64,000 bases of DNA from Sulfuricurvum sp. (GCA_024637215.1 JAGXFM010000030.1:831-64830), one strand, 5' to 3'. Shown: positions 20,611 to 30,777, counted from the stretch's first letter. Numbers and translations: made by a program. The notes: a model not told the origin generated them from the sequence alone.

Positions 20611-22059
20611 TTAATGCTCAATCGCTGTTTCTATTCGATTTTTTCCGAGCGCTTTCGCACGGTACAGTGCAGAGTCGACCCGTGTAAGGAGAGTATCTAT
20701 CGTATCGCCGGTGCGGGCGGTGACGATACCGAAGCTTGCGGTTACAGGGGAGGGAGCAAGATGAATGAGACGGGTATCTTCTTCGAATGCTCTGCGTAAT
20801 ATTTCGGCAATCGTCTCGGCATTGTCTTGATCGGTATCAATCAGTCCGACGATAAACTCTTCACCTCCCCATCGACCGATGATATCGGTGCGGCGTAGAC
20901 GGGTTTTAAGAAGTTCGGCAATACGGATGAGGACACTGTCACCCACCTGATGCCCTAGTGTATCATTGATGGTTTTGAAGTTGTCGATGTCGAAAAAGAT
21001 AAGGCTGAGAGGATCGCCGTGACGTTTACTGAGGAGGAGAAACTCATTAAAAGAATCATTGAATGCATTGCGGTTCATCAATCCGGTTAGGGTATCGTTG
21101 CGTGCCATAAATTCGAGTTTTTTGTTATATCCTCGGATCATAAAGAGAATAATAAAGGTGATAATGACGGTAACCAGTAGTGAAGCGGCGAGGTTCAGAT
21201 AAAACGTCCGGCGAACGTTTTGGGTAAAATCATCCAGTTTTGCTTCGACAAGGAGGTAGAGATCGAGTTCCGGGATGTATTTGGTTTTGAGTAGATAGTT
21301 TTCGCCGTTTTTTTGGTATTCGAGAATTTTGGAGTCTTTGACGATGATTTGATCGCTAAGACTTTTCAGTTCCGGAGAATCGGAAAGGTTACGGATTTTA
21401 CTGTCAGTCCGTTCGGATAAAATGATTTGACCCTCTTCGTTAACGAATATTACGGTGAAATTGTACTCTTGTCGAAACCGTTTGAGCATATCGTTGATGT
21501 ATGAAATCTTCAAACCGATTCCGGTGGCTCCGACAAAATGGTAATTGTTGTCGTAAATTTTATGGTTAATAAACATAATCAGGGAATTATCTAAATTGTT
21601 ATTGAAATCGAGATTGATTTCATTGTCCCCTTGCACTTTTTTAAAATTAAAATACCATCCGTTATCGGGTTTTGAACTGCTGAGGTGTTCGAGAAAACCG
21701 TTTTGGGTATAGTAGCTTTGGGTTTTTTCAGAAACTAAAAAAGCGACAAACATGCCGTATTTATTTTTGATCGTTTCGAGATAACGGGTGATTTTTTCTC
21801 GATTCTTTTCATCGTTGATAAGCCAGTCTTGGAGAAAGGTGTCGTGCGCCATCATCGATGCGACGAGGTTGGGTTCTATGACGTGTTTTTGGATTTCGGT
21901 GTAGATGTTATCTACCGTCAGAGGGAGGGAACGGGTTTTGAGATCGGTTTCAGTGGCATGGAGAGAAACCATGAAATTGATGAGTGAAATACTGACCGAG
22001 AGGGCGATCATTAATACCGATACGGTGATGACGATGTAAAAATTATTTTTGTTTTTCAT
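20611..22059 (-). CDS. Cache-sensor diguanylate cyclase
   Basis: Two TM segments, periplasmic Cache-like region (DNGWY), RRTD I-site and RWGGEEF. Confidence 0.9.
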   Translation of the reverse strand: MKNKNNFYIVITVSVLMIALSVSISLINFMVSLHATETDLKTRSLPLTVDNIYTEIQKHVIEPNLVASMMAHDTFLQDWLINDEKNREKITRYLETIKNKYGMFVAFLVSEKTQSYYTQNGFLEHLSSSKPDNGWYFNFKKVQGDNEINLDFNNNLDNSLIMFINHKIYDNNYHFVGATGIGLKISYINDMLKRFRQEYNFTVIFVNEEGQIILSERTDSKIRNLSDSPELKSLSDQIIVKDSKILEYQKNGENYLLKTKYIPELDLYLLVEAKLDDFTQNVRRTFYLNLAASLLVTVIITFIILFMIRGYNKKLEFMARNDTLTGLMNRNAFNDSFNEFLLLSKRHGDPLSLIFFDIDNFKTINDTLGHQVGDSVLIRIAELLKTRLRRTDIIGRWGGEEFIVGLIDTDQDNAETIAEILRRAFEEDTRLIHLAPSPVTASFGIVTARTGDTIDTLLTRVDSALYRAKALGKNRIETAIEH

Positions 22060-22142
22060 TGGTTTCTTTTAATAATGACGTTTTAAATGGGGGAAAGTGT
22101 AGCATAATTTAAAAATGATTGTATAACAAATGAGGTTTAACG

Positions 22143-22217
22143 TGGTGACCCCAACGAGATTCGAACTCGTATGGCCAGAATGAAAATCTGGAATCCTAAC
22201 CATTAGATGATGGGGCC
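22143..22217 (-). tRNA. tRNA-Glu (TTC)
   Basis: GGCCCCA/TGGGGTC acceptor stem, CCAGA-TTTTCAT-TCTGG anticodon arm, GTTCGAATC T-loop and encoded CCA. Confidence 0.96.
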
Positions 22218-22238
22218 ACATAAATGTGGTTGAAAAAG

Positions 22239-22314
22239 TGGTGTCCCGTGATGGATTCGAACCATCGACCCCTTCATTAAAAGTGAAATGCTCTACCAGC
22301 TGAGCTAACGGGAC
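22239..22314 (-). tRNA. tRNA-Lys (TTT)
   Basis: GTCCCGT/ACGGGAC acceptor stem, CTTTTAA anticodon loop, GTTCGAATCC T-loop and encoded CCA. Confidence 0.96.
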
Positions 22315-22501
22315 GTAAATAACAATAAACTGTTCCAGCACAATTTATGGACGGGAATTATAGCGGTTATGTCCTTTTTTGTCAATAGGATATGCGTAAT
22401 GGAGGGATATTTACTATCTTAAGAAGTGATAAGTACACTTTTTGGGTCTCAATAGGTTATAAAAAATGATAGAATAGGGTTATATACAATTAGGAAGTGG
22501 A

Positions 22502-22894
22502 ATGTTAAAAGTATTTTTTTCAAGTTGTTTGGTTGTTTTAAACCTTTGGGGTGGAACAATCCAAAATGATGAGCAATTTAAGCAGGCAGTTGCAGAGATG
22601 GGGAAAGCGAATAAATTGGTATTAATGATCTATACGACGGAGGATTGTCCTGAATGTGCTTACATGAAGAAAAAAGTATTTTATGACAAAGGGGTGGAGC
22701 CGTACTTGAGCCGCCATTTTGTCGTGATCGAGAAAAATGTTCACAAAAATAAACTTCCCGATGGATATGATTTTTTCGGGATTCCGACGATGTTTTTTAT
22801 CGACAAAGCAGGGAATAAAAAAGAGACAATTATAGGGAGCAAGCGCCCCCAACTGTTTTTGGATGAGTTGCGTCGTATCCGAGGGGTAAAATGA
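22502..22894 (+). CDS. Exported thioredoxin-fold protein (SoxW-like)
   Basis: Signal peptide, CPEC, and GIPT cis-Pro loop. Confidence 0.85.
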   Translation: MLKVFFSSCLVVLNLWGGTIQNDEQFKQAVAEMGKANKLVLMIYTTEDCPECAYMKKKVFYDKGVEPYLSRHFVVIEKNVHKNKLPDGYDFFGIPTMFFIDKAGNKKETIIGSKRPQLFLDELRRIRGVK

Positions 22895-23493
22895 AAAAGA
22901 GTTTAATACTGACCGTTTTAACGGGTTTGGTGTCACTTTTTGCATTTGATCCGATTCATTTGAAAAAAGCACTGGAAGAGAAAGAGTGTATCGGATGTGA
23001 TCTGCGAGGAGCTAACCTTTCTAAAATCGATTTCAGCGGTGCCGATTTTCACGGCAGTGACTTAAGCAAAGCGGATTTACGAGGAAGTATATTTGAGATG
23101 GGCGATTTCAACGGTTGCAGTTTGCGGGGTGTGAATGCGGAAGGGGCTGTTTTTTGGAAAGCGACGATAGAGCGTGCTGATTTACGTACCCTGAAGGCTA
23201 AAGGGGCTAATTTCAAAGGGGTCCATTTTAACGGAAGCGATTTAAGCCGTGCCGATATCCGTGATGCAAAAGTGTGGAAAGCTGATTTTACCGATGCCAT
23301 TCTCTCTAAAACCGATTTTAGAGGTTCTGAATTGGGAGGATCTAAGTTTATCCGTAACGATTTGCGCACGGCTAAAATGAAAAATACGTTGTTGTGGCAA
23401 ACGATGTTTATGGAGGTTGTTATGGGGGAAAAACAATGCGCTTATGCCAAAAAAGAGGAAGCTATTTTCGATGTCAATGTGACGTGCCGCTGA
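22891..23493 (+). CDS. Exported pentapeptide-repeat protein
   Basis: Signal peptide, CIGCDL and tandem A(D/N)(L/F)xx repeats; ATGA overlap with the thioredoxin gene. Confidence 0.9.
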   Translation: MKKSLILTVLTGLVSLFAFDPIHLKKALEEKECIGCDLRGANLSKIDFSGADFHGSDLSKADLRGSIFEMGDFNGCSLRGVNAEGAVFWKATIERADLRTLKAKGANFKGVHFNGSDLSRADIRDAKVWKADFTDAILSKTDFRGSELGGSKFIRNDLRTAKMKNTLLWQTMFMEVVMGEKQCAYAKKEEAIFDVNVTCR

Positions 23494-23578
23494 ATTTATG
23501 AATTAACTTTTAAAGTATAAACCGCTTATTAAGAAAAATGAGTATCATTATTATAAAATTTAAAATAATGGACGTACT

Positions 23579-24643
23579 ATGGACGTATTATGGAATGCAT
23601 TTTGGGATTTGAGTGTAGATATGGGGATCTATATTCTCTTCGGTCTTTTGGCTGCCGGGGTACTGCATCAGCTGATCCGCGAAGAGTGGATACAAAAACA
23701 TCTGGGTTCCGAGACGCATGGATCGGTCTATAAAGCGGCATTGTTCGGAACCCCTTTGCCGTTATGTTCGTGCAGTGTTATCCCCTTTGCCGCATCACTT
23801 CGACGTAACGGCGCATCCAAAGGAGCCACCCTCTCATTTTTGATCTCTACTCCGATAACGGGGATTGATTCGATATTAGCGACATTCGGAATGTTTGGAT
23901 GGGTATTTACCCTCTATCGCGTTGTCAGTTCTGTCACCATTGCAATCGTGGCGGGGATGCTGATGAATAGGTTTGAGTCGAAAGAGACGGTAAAAAAAGG
24001 GTTGAGCTTTTCTGCATCTGTACCGACAGGTACCCCTAAAATAGTAAAACCGAACGCGTCGGAAGTGAAAAAACCGTTTTCGATTTTAGGTATTTTTCAG
24101 TACGGATTTATAACGTTATTGGGAAGTTTCAGTAAGCCTCTTTTTTGGGGATTGCTGATTGGGGCCGTGATCAGTGCCGCTATTCCGAGTAATCTGCATG
24201 AACTTTTTAATGAGAATCGACTGTTGGGGTATTTGATCGCGGTGGGTATCGCGGCACCGATGTACGTGTGCGCTACCGCATCACTTCCGATTGCGGCGGC
24301 ATTGATTGTTGCCGGGGTTTCTCCGGGTGCCGCTTTTATTTTTTTAAGTGCGGGTCCGGCGACGAACACGGTGACAATGGGGGTTGTTAAATCGATGTTG
24401 GGGATGCGTGCTTTGGTTATTTACCTTTCGACAATCGTGATCGGGAGTATAGGGTTCGGGGCATTGATCGATTTTGGATTTGATACACTTGCCGTTGAGA
24501 TGCGGGTCGATATGGAGGAACATAACGGGCTGGTTCAAGAGGGTGCAGCGGTATTGATGTTGGGATTGATCGGATGGCATCTGATACGCGGATGGTTTAA
24601 AAAAGAGGATACAAAGTGTAACGGCGGATCGTGCTGCGGATAA
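23579..24643 (+). CDS. Permease, SO_0444/ArsP-like (DUF318) putative metal efflux transporter
   Basis: PLPLCSCSVIP, MYVCATAS and AGPATN motifs, multiple TM segments, and a Cys-rich tail. Confidence 0.85.
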   Translation: MDVLWNAFWDLSVDMGIYILFGLLAAGVLHQLIREEWIQKHLGSETHGSVYKAALFGTPLPLCSCSVIPFAASLRRNGASKGATLSFLISTPITGIDSILATFGMFGWVFTLYRVVSSVTIAIVAGMLMNRFESKETVKKGLSFSASVPTGTPKIVKPNASEVKKPFSILGIFQYGFITLLGSFSKPLFWGLLIGAVISAAIPSNLHELFNENRLLGYLIAVGIAAPMYVCATASLPIAAALIVAGVSPGAAFIFLSAGPATNTVTMGVVKSMLGMRALVIYLSTIVIGSIGFGALIDFGFDTLAVEMRVDMEEHNGLVQEGAAVLMLGLIGWHLIRGWFKKEDTKCNGGSCCG

Positions 24644-24695
24644 ATTTTTATAATACACAAAGAGATTTTACGGACGAAAAGGTATAATCTCCCAT

Positions 24696-25607
24696 ATGAA
24701 TATCTGGTCATTTGAAACACTATGGGCATTTTTACTTCTTCCCCCTATTCTCTATTGTCTCTACCGCTGTAAAATTGTCCCTCAAAAACGTTATTTCCCC
24801 CATTTAAAGTTTTTCGGTAATCCGGGAAAATGGCGTCATATGGAGTGGGTGCTGAAGGTACTTTCCGCGACATTGATGATTGGGGCATTGGCTACTCCCG
24901 TGATCATAGATTATTCCGATCCGCGCAATCGCAACGGAATCGATATCGTTCTCAGTCTGGATGCGAGTGGATCGATGAATGCTTCGGGATTCGCGAGTGA
25001 TGAGAGTCGAGCGAGCCGTTTTGAAATCGTTCAAAAAATTGCCAGTGATTTTGTTCACAAGCGGCGTGAGGATAACGTCGGTGTGGTGGTGTTCGGTGAT
25101 TTCGCTTTTATTGCTACACCCGTAACATATGAAAAAGATATTATTTCCGAGATGATCGGATACTTAAGCCACGGGATGGCAGGGCAGAATACGGCAATCG
25201 GTGAGGGTGTATCGCAAAGTGTACGGGCCCTGCGCGAATCAAAAGCCAAGAGCAAAGTGCTCATTCTCCTGAGTGACGGGGAACACAACAGCGGAGCAGT
25301 CTCCCCCAAAGAAGCGGTGAGTATGGTGCGTAAGGCGGGTATTAAACTCTACACCATCGGCATCGGGGAAAAGGGGGAGTTTGACAGTAAACTCTTAAGT
25401 ACAATGGCTCACGATGGTGGAGGAGCCTATTTTACGGCAACAAATGAAAAAGAGTTGAGAGCGGTGTATGAGCAGATCGATAGACTGGAAGGTTCACGAA
25501 TTAAAAGTGCTCAACACACCTTTGCGGAGCATTATTATCAATACCTTGTTGCGGGGGCATTGGTCATTACTCTTTTATTGATGTGGCGACGAAGGGTGAA
25601 ACTATGA
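24696..25607 (+). CDS. vWA-domain protein, BatA-like
   Basis: N-terminal TM segments, intact MIDAS DASGSM, TAIGEG and LLSDG, C-terminal TM segment. Confidence 0.88.
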   Translation: MNIWSFETLWAFLLLPPILYCLYRCKIVPQKRYFPHLKFFGNPGKWRHMEWVLKVLSATLMIGALATPVIIDYSDPRNRNGIDIVLSLDASGSMNASGFASDESRASRFEIVQKIASDFVHKRREDNVGVVVFGDFAFIATPVTYEKDIISEMIGYLSHGMAGQNTAIGEGVSQSVRALRESKAKSKVLILLSDGEHNSGAVSPKEAVSMVRKAGIKLYTIGIGEKGEFDSKLLSTMAHDGGGAYFTATNEKELRAVYEQIDRLEGSRIKSAQHTFAEHYYQYLVAGALVITLLLMWRRRVKL

Positions 25608-27130
25608 GTTTCCTTTCTCCCCTATGGCTGTTGGCACTGAGTAGTATTCTCCTCTATTTTTGGATAGCACGGATTCGAGGATGGCATCTTCAAGGGTGGC
25701 TGTTGGCAACGGTTTTCTTTTTGATATTGGCGTTAGGGCGTCCGGTGATGAGTGAAAAACCGGTTACCGTCGAAGAGTCGGGAAGTGATGTGATTTTGGC
25801 GGTGGACGTTTCGTATTCGATGCGTGCATCCGACATCGCTCCGACACGTTTGGATGCGGCAAAACAGCTTCTTTCTAAAATTATCCGATCTGATTCGCGT
25901 GATCGTTTCGGAGTGATAGCGCATACTACCAGTGCGATTATCCTCTCGCCTCTGACCAAAGATAGGGAGTTGCTCGAGCATCTTTTCGCTTCTCTTGATA
26001 AGTCGCAGATTATCACCAAAGGGACGGAAGTGATGAGTGCGTTGGAACTCTCTCGAAAAATGTCCCATGCGCAGCGTCCGTTGGTGATCCTTTTTACCGA
26101 TGGCGGGGATGAACTCTCCTATGAAAAAGAAGCAGCGTATGCGGAGGAGAACGGACTAAAAGTGTGTATTGTTATGCTCGCTTCATCGCAAGGGAGTACG
26201 TTGCCCTCAGATAGCGGATCACTCAAAGATGAGAACGGTCATATCGTTGTCAGCTCACGCAATGATGCGATAAATAGTATTGCGGAGCAAAGCGGGGGAA
26301 GGGTGATTGATGGAGCCGATGCGGCAAGTGTGATAGCGTGGATTGAGCGAGAGAGGGGTGAAGATTTTGCAGGAGAGTCTACGGTGACACGTTACCGTGA
26401 ACTCTTTTATTTCCCTCTGGTGTTAGCGTTGATCACTTTTATACTGGCGTATACGACGGCAGGGGAAAAACTTGCCAAAGTGTTAATTCTTTTCCTCGCA
26501 ATGATTGGTATAAGTGCAAACGGCGGGGTAGTGGATTATCCTTATATGGCGGCGGGGAAGTATGATTACGAACGGGGCAATTATGAACGCTCCGCGCAAT
26601 GGTACTCCGAGATACACGCACCACAAGGAACGTTCAATCGTGCAAACGCTCTCTATAAAGCGGGAAAATACCAAGAGGCGTTGGGATTGTATCGCACTAT
26701 CCGCACGAATGATTCGAGGTTCAAATCGAAGGTATTTTATAACATCGGAAACGCGCATATTCGCCTAAGTGAATTTGAAAATGGGCGTCAAGCACTGCTC
26801 AAATCACTTACGTTGCAATACAGCCGTGAAGCCGATCAGAATCTTCGTGCGATTACAGGGGTGCAGGAGCAAAAAACACTTAACCTCCGTAAGGAAAAAA
26901 ATGATAAATTTTCATCCGATGAGAATAAGCCGACGGGTGAGGGGAAAAAAGGTAAAGAGGGGGGCGGATCAAATATGCAAAGTGATATTGCCTCCTCCGG
27001 TGCGGGAGATGCGGGTAAAAAAGCACAGGCTGATCCCCGCTTTTCAACATCACAGGGGAAAGCCTCCCTCAGCTCTCGCCAATACGAATTGATTAATCAA
27101 AGGAGTGTCCATGAAACAAAGCCTTGGTAA
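25604..27130 (+). CDS. vWA + TPR protein, BatB/BatC-like
   Basis: DVSYSM, DIAPTRL and FTDGG motifs, TPRs (FNRANALYK, YNIGNA), low-complexity tail ending KPW. Confidence 0.85.
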   Translation: MSFLSPLWLLALSSILLYFWIARIRGWHLQGWLLATVFFLILALGRPVMSEKPVTVEESGSDVILAVDVSYSMRASDIAPTRLDAAKQLLSKIIRSDSRDRFGVIAHTTSAIILSPLTKDRELLEHLFASLDKSQIITKGTEVMSALELSRKMSHAQRPLVILFTDGGDELSYEKEAAYAEENGLKVCIVMLASSQGSTLPSDSGSLKDENGHIVVSSRNDAINSIAEQSGGRVIDGADAASVIAWIERERGEDFAGESTVTRYRELFYFPLVLALITFILAYTTAGEKLAKVLILFLAMIGISANGGVVDYPYMAAGKYDYERGNYERSAQWYSEIHAPQGTFNRANALYKAGKYQEALGLYRTIRTNDSRFKSKVFYNIGNAHIRLSEFENGRQALLKSLTLQYSREADQNLRAITGVQEQKTLNLRKEKNDKFSSDENKPTGEGKKGKEGGGSNMQSDIASSGAGDAGKKAQADPRFSTSQGKASLSSRQYELINQRSVHETKPW

Positions 27131-28217
27131 GGTGCTACTCTTAATCCTCCTAACGGCTTTAAATCTTTGGGGAACTACGTATCAGTGGCGTCTTCTAGAA
27201 GCACCGAAAAGCCTCTACGTCAACCAAAGCGGTGTCATTCGGTATGAGTGTATTTTTTCAACCAATGCAGCCGATTATACGATTGATTTCAAACCGACGG
27301 GAAATGAACGGTATAAAGTGTCTATCCTTACTCAGCGCGATCGGATTGTGGAGAATAAACGGATTCAGACGTTTGATCTCCTTGTTACTCCCCTCAAAGA
27401 GGGGGTGATCGAGGTCTCATTGGAAGCGCTGGTTCGTCATACGACTTTTGCGTCTATCGAGAATGCATCGATTGGACGGGATAATGTTAAAAAATACGAT
27501 TTTGATGATGAAAAAGTACCCTTGCCGAAAGTGCTTATTCACGCTAAAGAAAATTTGGCCGCACTGAGCGGAGAGATAGCGTTGGAGGTAAAAATTGACA
27601 AGCGAAGTGTTATTGCCCATGAACCCGTCCATGTGAGTCTCTTTCTGCGAGGGAAGGGAAATCTTGATCAGTACGTCCCGTATGAACTGAACATTAGCGG
27701 GGTAAATGTTTTCATCGAAGAACCCATACGCGATATCTCTCCCGATACGGCGGGGTTTAGCGGGGAGATACGTCAGGAATTTGCGTTGGTGAGTGATAAA
27801 AGTTATGTGATCCCGAAAATTACGATGGATGTCTTTGATACGCAGAGTCAGACAATCAAACGGCTCCAAAGCGACGCGGTTGCGATTGAAGTAGCGTCAG
27901 GTTATGAGCGTTCCAATCTTCTCGATCCCCCTCAGCTTAGTGACTGGAGTAATTTAGCCCGTTACACTCTTTATGGAGCATTGATATTGATGGGGGTTGT
28001 ATTGGGCGAAGCAGTACGACGGCTGTGGAAATTGCGCCCCCGCAGAAAATCTAAACAGATTTACGATGATGCCAAAACATCCAAAGAGTTGGTGATGATC
28101 CTTGCCCTCTCAGGGGAGAGAGTGTATGAGCCGATCATTATTGAGCTTGAATCCGGAACATTGGATTTACGTGAAGCGAAGAAGAGGTTGGACGCTTATC
28201 CGAATAAATCAGAATGA
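27111..28217 (+). CDS. BatD-like protein
   Basis: Signal peptide, beta-rich body, G.GNL motif and late TM segment; follows the batA/batB-like genes. Confidence 0.7.
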   Translation: MKQSLGKVLLLILLTALNLWGTTYQWRLLEAPKSLYVNQSGVIRYECIFSTNAADYTIDFKPTGNERYKVSILTQRDRIVENKRIQTFDLLVTPLKEGVIEVSLEALVRHTTFASIENASIGRDNVKKYDFDDEKVPLPKVLIHAKENLAALSGEIALEVKIDKRSVIAHEPVHVSLFLRGKGNLDQYVPYELNISGVNVFIEEPIRDISPDTAGFSGEIRQEFALVSDKSYVIPKITMDVFDTQSQTIKRLQSDAVAIEVASGYERSNLLDPPQLSDWSNLARYTLYGALILMGVVLGEAVRRLWKLRPRRKSKQIYDDAKTSKELVMILALSGERVYEPIIIELESGTLDLREAKKRLDAYPNKSE

Positions 28218-28468
28218 CTGCCGACTTCGACAAGAGTAAGTTCGAGTACCCCTTCGTTTATTCGGTAGATCAGCAATAAATCGGGTCGCACATGGCACTC
28301 ACAGCAGCCTTTATAATTTCCGCTCAGGGAGTGGTCTTTGTATTTTTGCGGGAGGACATCGCCGTTGGCTAATATTTCGATGACGACAAAGACCTCTTCT
28401 TGGTGTTTAGAAGAGAGTTTTTTAAACCCTTTTTTGAACGATGCCGTCCGAAAAATATCGTATTTCAC
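28196..28468 (-). CDS. yafQ: Type II toxin, YafQ family mRNA interferase
   Basis: FKKGFKK, KDHSLSG, ECHVRPDLLLIY and GSHSDLF motifs. Confidence 0.92.
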   Translation of the reverse strand: MKYDIFRTASFKKGFKKLSSKHQEEVFVVIEILANGDVLPQKYKDHSLSGNYKGCCECHVRPDLLLIYRINEGVLELTLVEVGSHSDLFG

Positions 28469-28716
28469 GAGAGCAAATCTCGTTTTAACGCTTCCATTGA
28501 GGTGAATTTTTCACCCTTGCGTTCTTCGAGTTCTTGGAGAGCTATTTTCATCCGCTCACTCGGAACTTTGAGTTCAAACGGGATGGAGTGAGTGAGGGCG
28601 ACTTGTTTACAAAAGAGATTGATGCCATCGCTGAGACTCATGCCGTATTGTTTTAAAACAGCGGTAGCGATCTCTTTGGCATCGTTGTCGATTCGGATGC
28701 TGGTACTGGTACGCAT
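28465..28716 (-). CDS. Type II antitoxin, RelB/DinJ family
   Basis: SIRID..KE.A..VL..YGMSLSDGINLF..IPFEL. AAGGAG RBS before MRTSTS; overlaps the toxin start. Confidence 0.9.
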   Translation of the reverse strand: MRTSTSIRIDNDAKEIATAVLKQYGMSLSDGINLFCKQVALTHSIPFELKVPSERMKIALQELEERKGEKFTSMEALKRDLLS

Positions 28717-28734
28717 GGCAAACTCCTTTTTTAT

Positions 28735-28758
28735 AATTGTACCACATTTGGGGTGCAA
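28735..28758 (-). promoter_or_regulatory. Extended -10 (TGGTACAAT) of the TA operon with overlapping imperfect palindrome (putative autorepression operator)
   Basis: TTGTACC-N8-GGTGCAA inverted repeat over the -10. DinJ/RelB antitoxins typically autorepress at such sites. Confidence 0.45.
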
Positions 28759-28819
28759 AATAGAATTTCGATGTATTAAGGGGACAAAAGATACCATTAA
28801 AACACATATAAATTTTTTA

Positions 28820-28852
28820 CCGTTCGTGGTGAGCTTGTCGAACCATGCACGG
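28820..28852 (+). repeat. REP-like hairpin, family A, copy 1
   Basis: CCGTTCG-TGGT-GAGCTTGTCGA-ACCA-TGC-ACGG; homologous to 44969-45000. Confidence 0.75.
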
Positions 28853-28878
28853 AAATACGAAGCAGATAGGGAAATCGG

Positions 28879-30777
28879 ATGGAATTAGTCTATTTATGGG
28901 TTGAAAAGTATAAAAATATCTACCATCAAGGGTTTAATTTTTCACCTAGGTTTGAGTGTAATTATGACGGCGAAAATTTAACGATTACATCCAAAGAACA
29001 TTTAGAAAACTTTTTTGGCAAAAATATCAATATTACAGCGATTGTTGGGGAGAATGGTAGTGGGAAGAGTAGTTTAATTAGCGAAATTATTAACAAAATT
29101 ATATTTAATACAAAAATTGAATACAAACAACCAGCTTCCCTGATATGTTTTCTAAATGATGATAAAAATAAAATTTATATTTCTTCTCATTTAATAGAAA
29201 ATGACTCTAATGTCATTAGTAATTTTGATTTTAGACTAACTCATTATAGAGAAGACATTTTTCCAAATAATTTAGACAAAGAATATGAAGATACTGCATA
29301 CACGCGTATGAAGATTTCAAAAGATTTTAGGAAAGAATATTATCGAAGTTTTTTCTACATGTATAACAATAGTTTAGAGATTGATAGCTATTACCATAAA
29401 ACATATGAATACAATCCAGAGCTTTTATTTTTTTCTGAGGTAAATAAATCAGATAATATCATCAACTTGGAAAAAGAAGAAGAGAAAACCTATGGGTATT
29501 TAATGACTCTTTTGCTCAATCAAAACAGAGTACCGAAAGAAATAAAAAACTTTTTTTTACCGACAAAATTATTTTTGGATAGAGAAATATTGATAAATTA
29601 TTTTGATGGTCTAGAAAATGAAATTGATGAAGAAGAAAAATATAAAAAATTAAGAAAACACTTAAGTATAAAAGATGTTTTAAAACTAGAGACAATATTA
29701 TATTTACATTATTTTTCTAAAAAAAATTCTCACAATAGAGAATATGATGATATTATAGGTCATATTCGCATGTTTTATAGGGGATTTAAAGATGTTGAAG
29801 CTTATGATGAAATTTATAAGTTTTTAGAATCAAATTTAACTGAATATCTTAATAAAATTGATTTCACCAAACAGGAAATAAGAAGGGATGACAATAGAAG
29901 TAATGATATAAAAGAGCTTAATGAATTAGAAAAAACTTTACTGCTACTAAGGGACTTAGATGAGTTAGTACCTTTAGTGAAAAATATAAATAATGATGAT
30001 GTAGATTTAGATTATGAAATTGATGTAAATTTATTAAATAATGAAAAACAACTTTTTCTAAAACGAATGCCATCATATTTAAAAATTGATTTTGCAAATA
30101 AAACAGGAAGAAGATTTAATGAATTAAGTAGTGGAGAACAAAACCTTTTGAAATTAATGTTTTCAATAGAAAATATAATTCAATTAAGACAAGGTAAAAC
30201 GGATAGTTTATATATCTTACTTGATGAAATTGAAACTGCATTTCACCCTAATTGGCAAAAAAGAATTTTAAATTGGTTAATTGAATTTGTCAAACATTAT
30301 GAAATGCAAATTAATATCATTGTAGCATCTCATTCCCCATTTATTCTTTCAGATTTACCAAAAGAAAACGTGATTTTTTTAGAAAAATATGAAGACAAAG
30401 ATGACGAAGTAAAAAATGGAAATCAAAAAATAAGTAATTGTAAAAATGTAACAAAAGAGACAAATCTTGACACATTCGGTGCAAACATCCACAGCCTCCT
30501 TTCGCATGGTTTTTTTATGAAAGATGGATTGATGGGAGAGTTTGCAAAAAGTAAAATTAATGATGCTTATGATTTTCTCTCAAATGCAAATACGCAAACT
30601 AACTTAACACAAATAAAAGCACAAGAGATAATCAATTTAATGGGAGAGCCGATATTAAAAAAAGAACTCCAATATCTATATGACGTCAAATTTGAAACAA
30701 GCGAAATAGAAAGACAGATTAGAGAACATCAAGAAGCAATAGAACGATTACAAGCTCAAAGAAGCAGAAATGATTAA
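28879..30777 (+). CDS. ABC/SMC-type ATPase (AAA_15/AAA_21), PtuA/Septu-like
   Basis: GENGSGKSS, LSSGE, ILLDEIE.AFHP and SHSPF motifs with a large insert; AT-rich. Confidence 0.82.
   Translation: MELVYLWVEKYKNIYHQGFNFSPRFECNYDGENLTITSKEHLENFFGKNINITAIVGENGSGKSSLISEIINKIIFNTKIEYKQPASLICFLNDDKNKIYISSHLIENDSNVISNFDFRLTHYREDIFPNNLDKEYEDTAYTRMKISKDFRKEYYRSFFYMYNNSLEIDSYYHKTYEYNPELLFFSEVNKSDNIINLEKEEEKTYGYLMTLLLNQNRVPKEIKNFFLPTKLFLDREILINYFDGLENEIDEEEKYKKLRKHLSIKDVLKLETILYLHYFSKKNSHNREYDDIIGHIRMFYRGFKDVEAYDEIYKFLESNLTEYLNKIDFTKQEIRRDDNRSNDIKELNELEKTLLLLRDLDELVPLVKNINNDDVDLDYEIDVNLLNNEKQLFLKRMPSYLKIDFANKTGRRFNELSSGEQNLLKLMFSIENIIQLRQGKTDSLYILLDEIETAFHPNWQKRILNWLIEFVKHYEMQINIIVASHSPFILSDLPKENVIFLEKYEDKDDEVKNGNQKISNCKNVTKETNLDTFGANIHSLLSHGFFMKDGLMGEFAKSKINDAYDFLSNANTQTNLTQIKAQEIINLMGEPILKKELQYLYDVKFETSEIERQIREHQEAIERLQAQRSRND

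Noticed and set aside
18600-22143. tRNA-Glu-anchored genomic island
   Set aside because: I found no duplicated tRNA 3' end and no integrase; AT-richness of one gene is not enough.
22069-22341. 90-aa ORF on the - strand
   Set aside because: It overlaps tRNA-Lys and tRNA-Glu, so it is a spurious translation of RNA genes.
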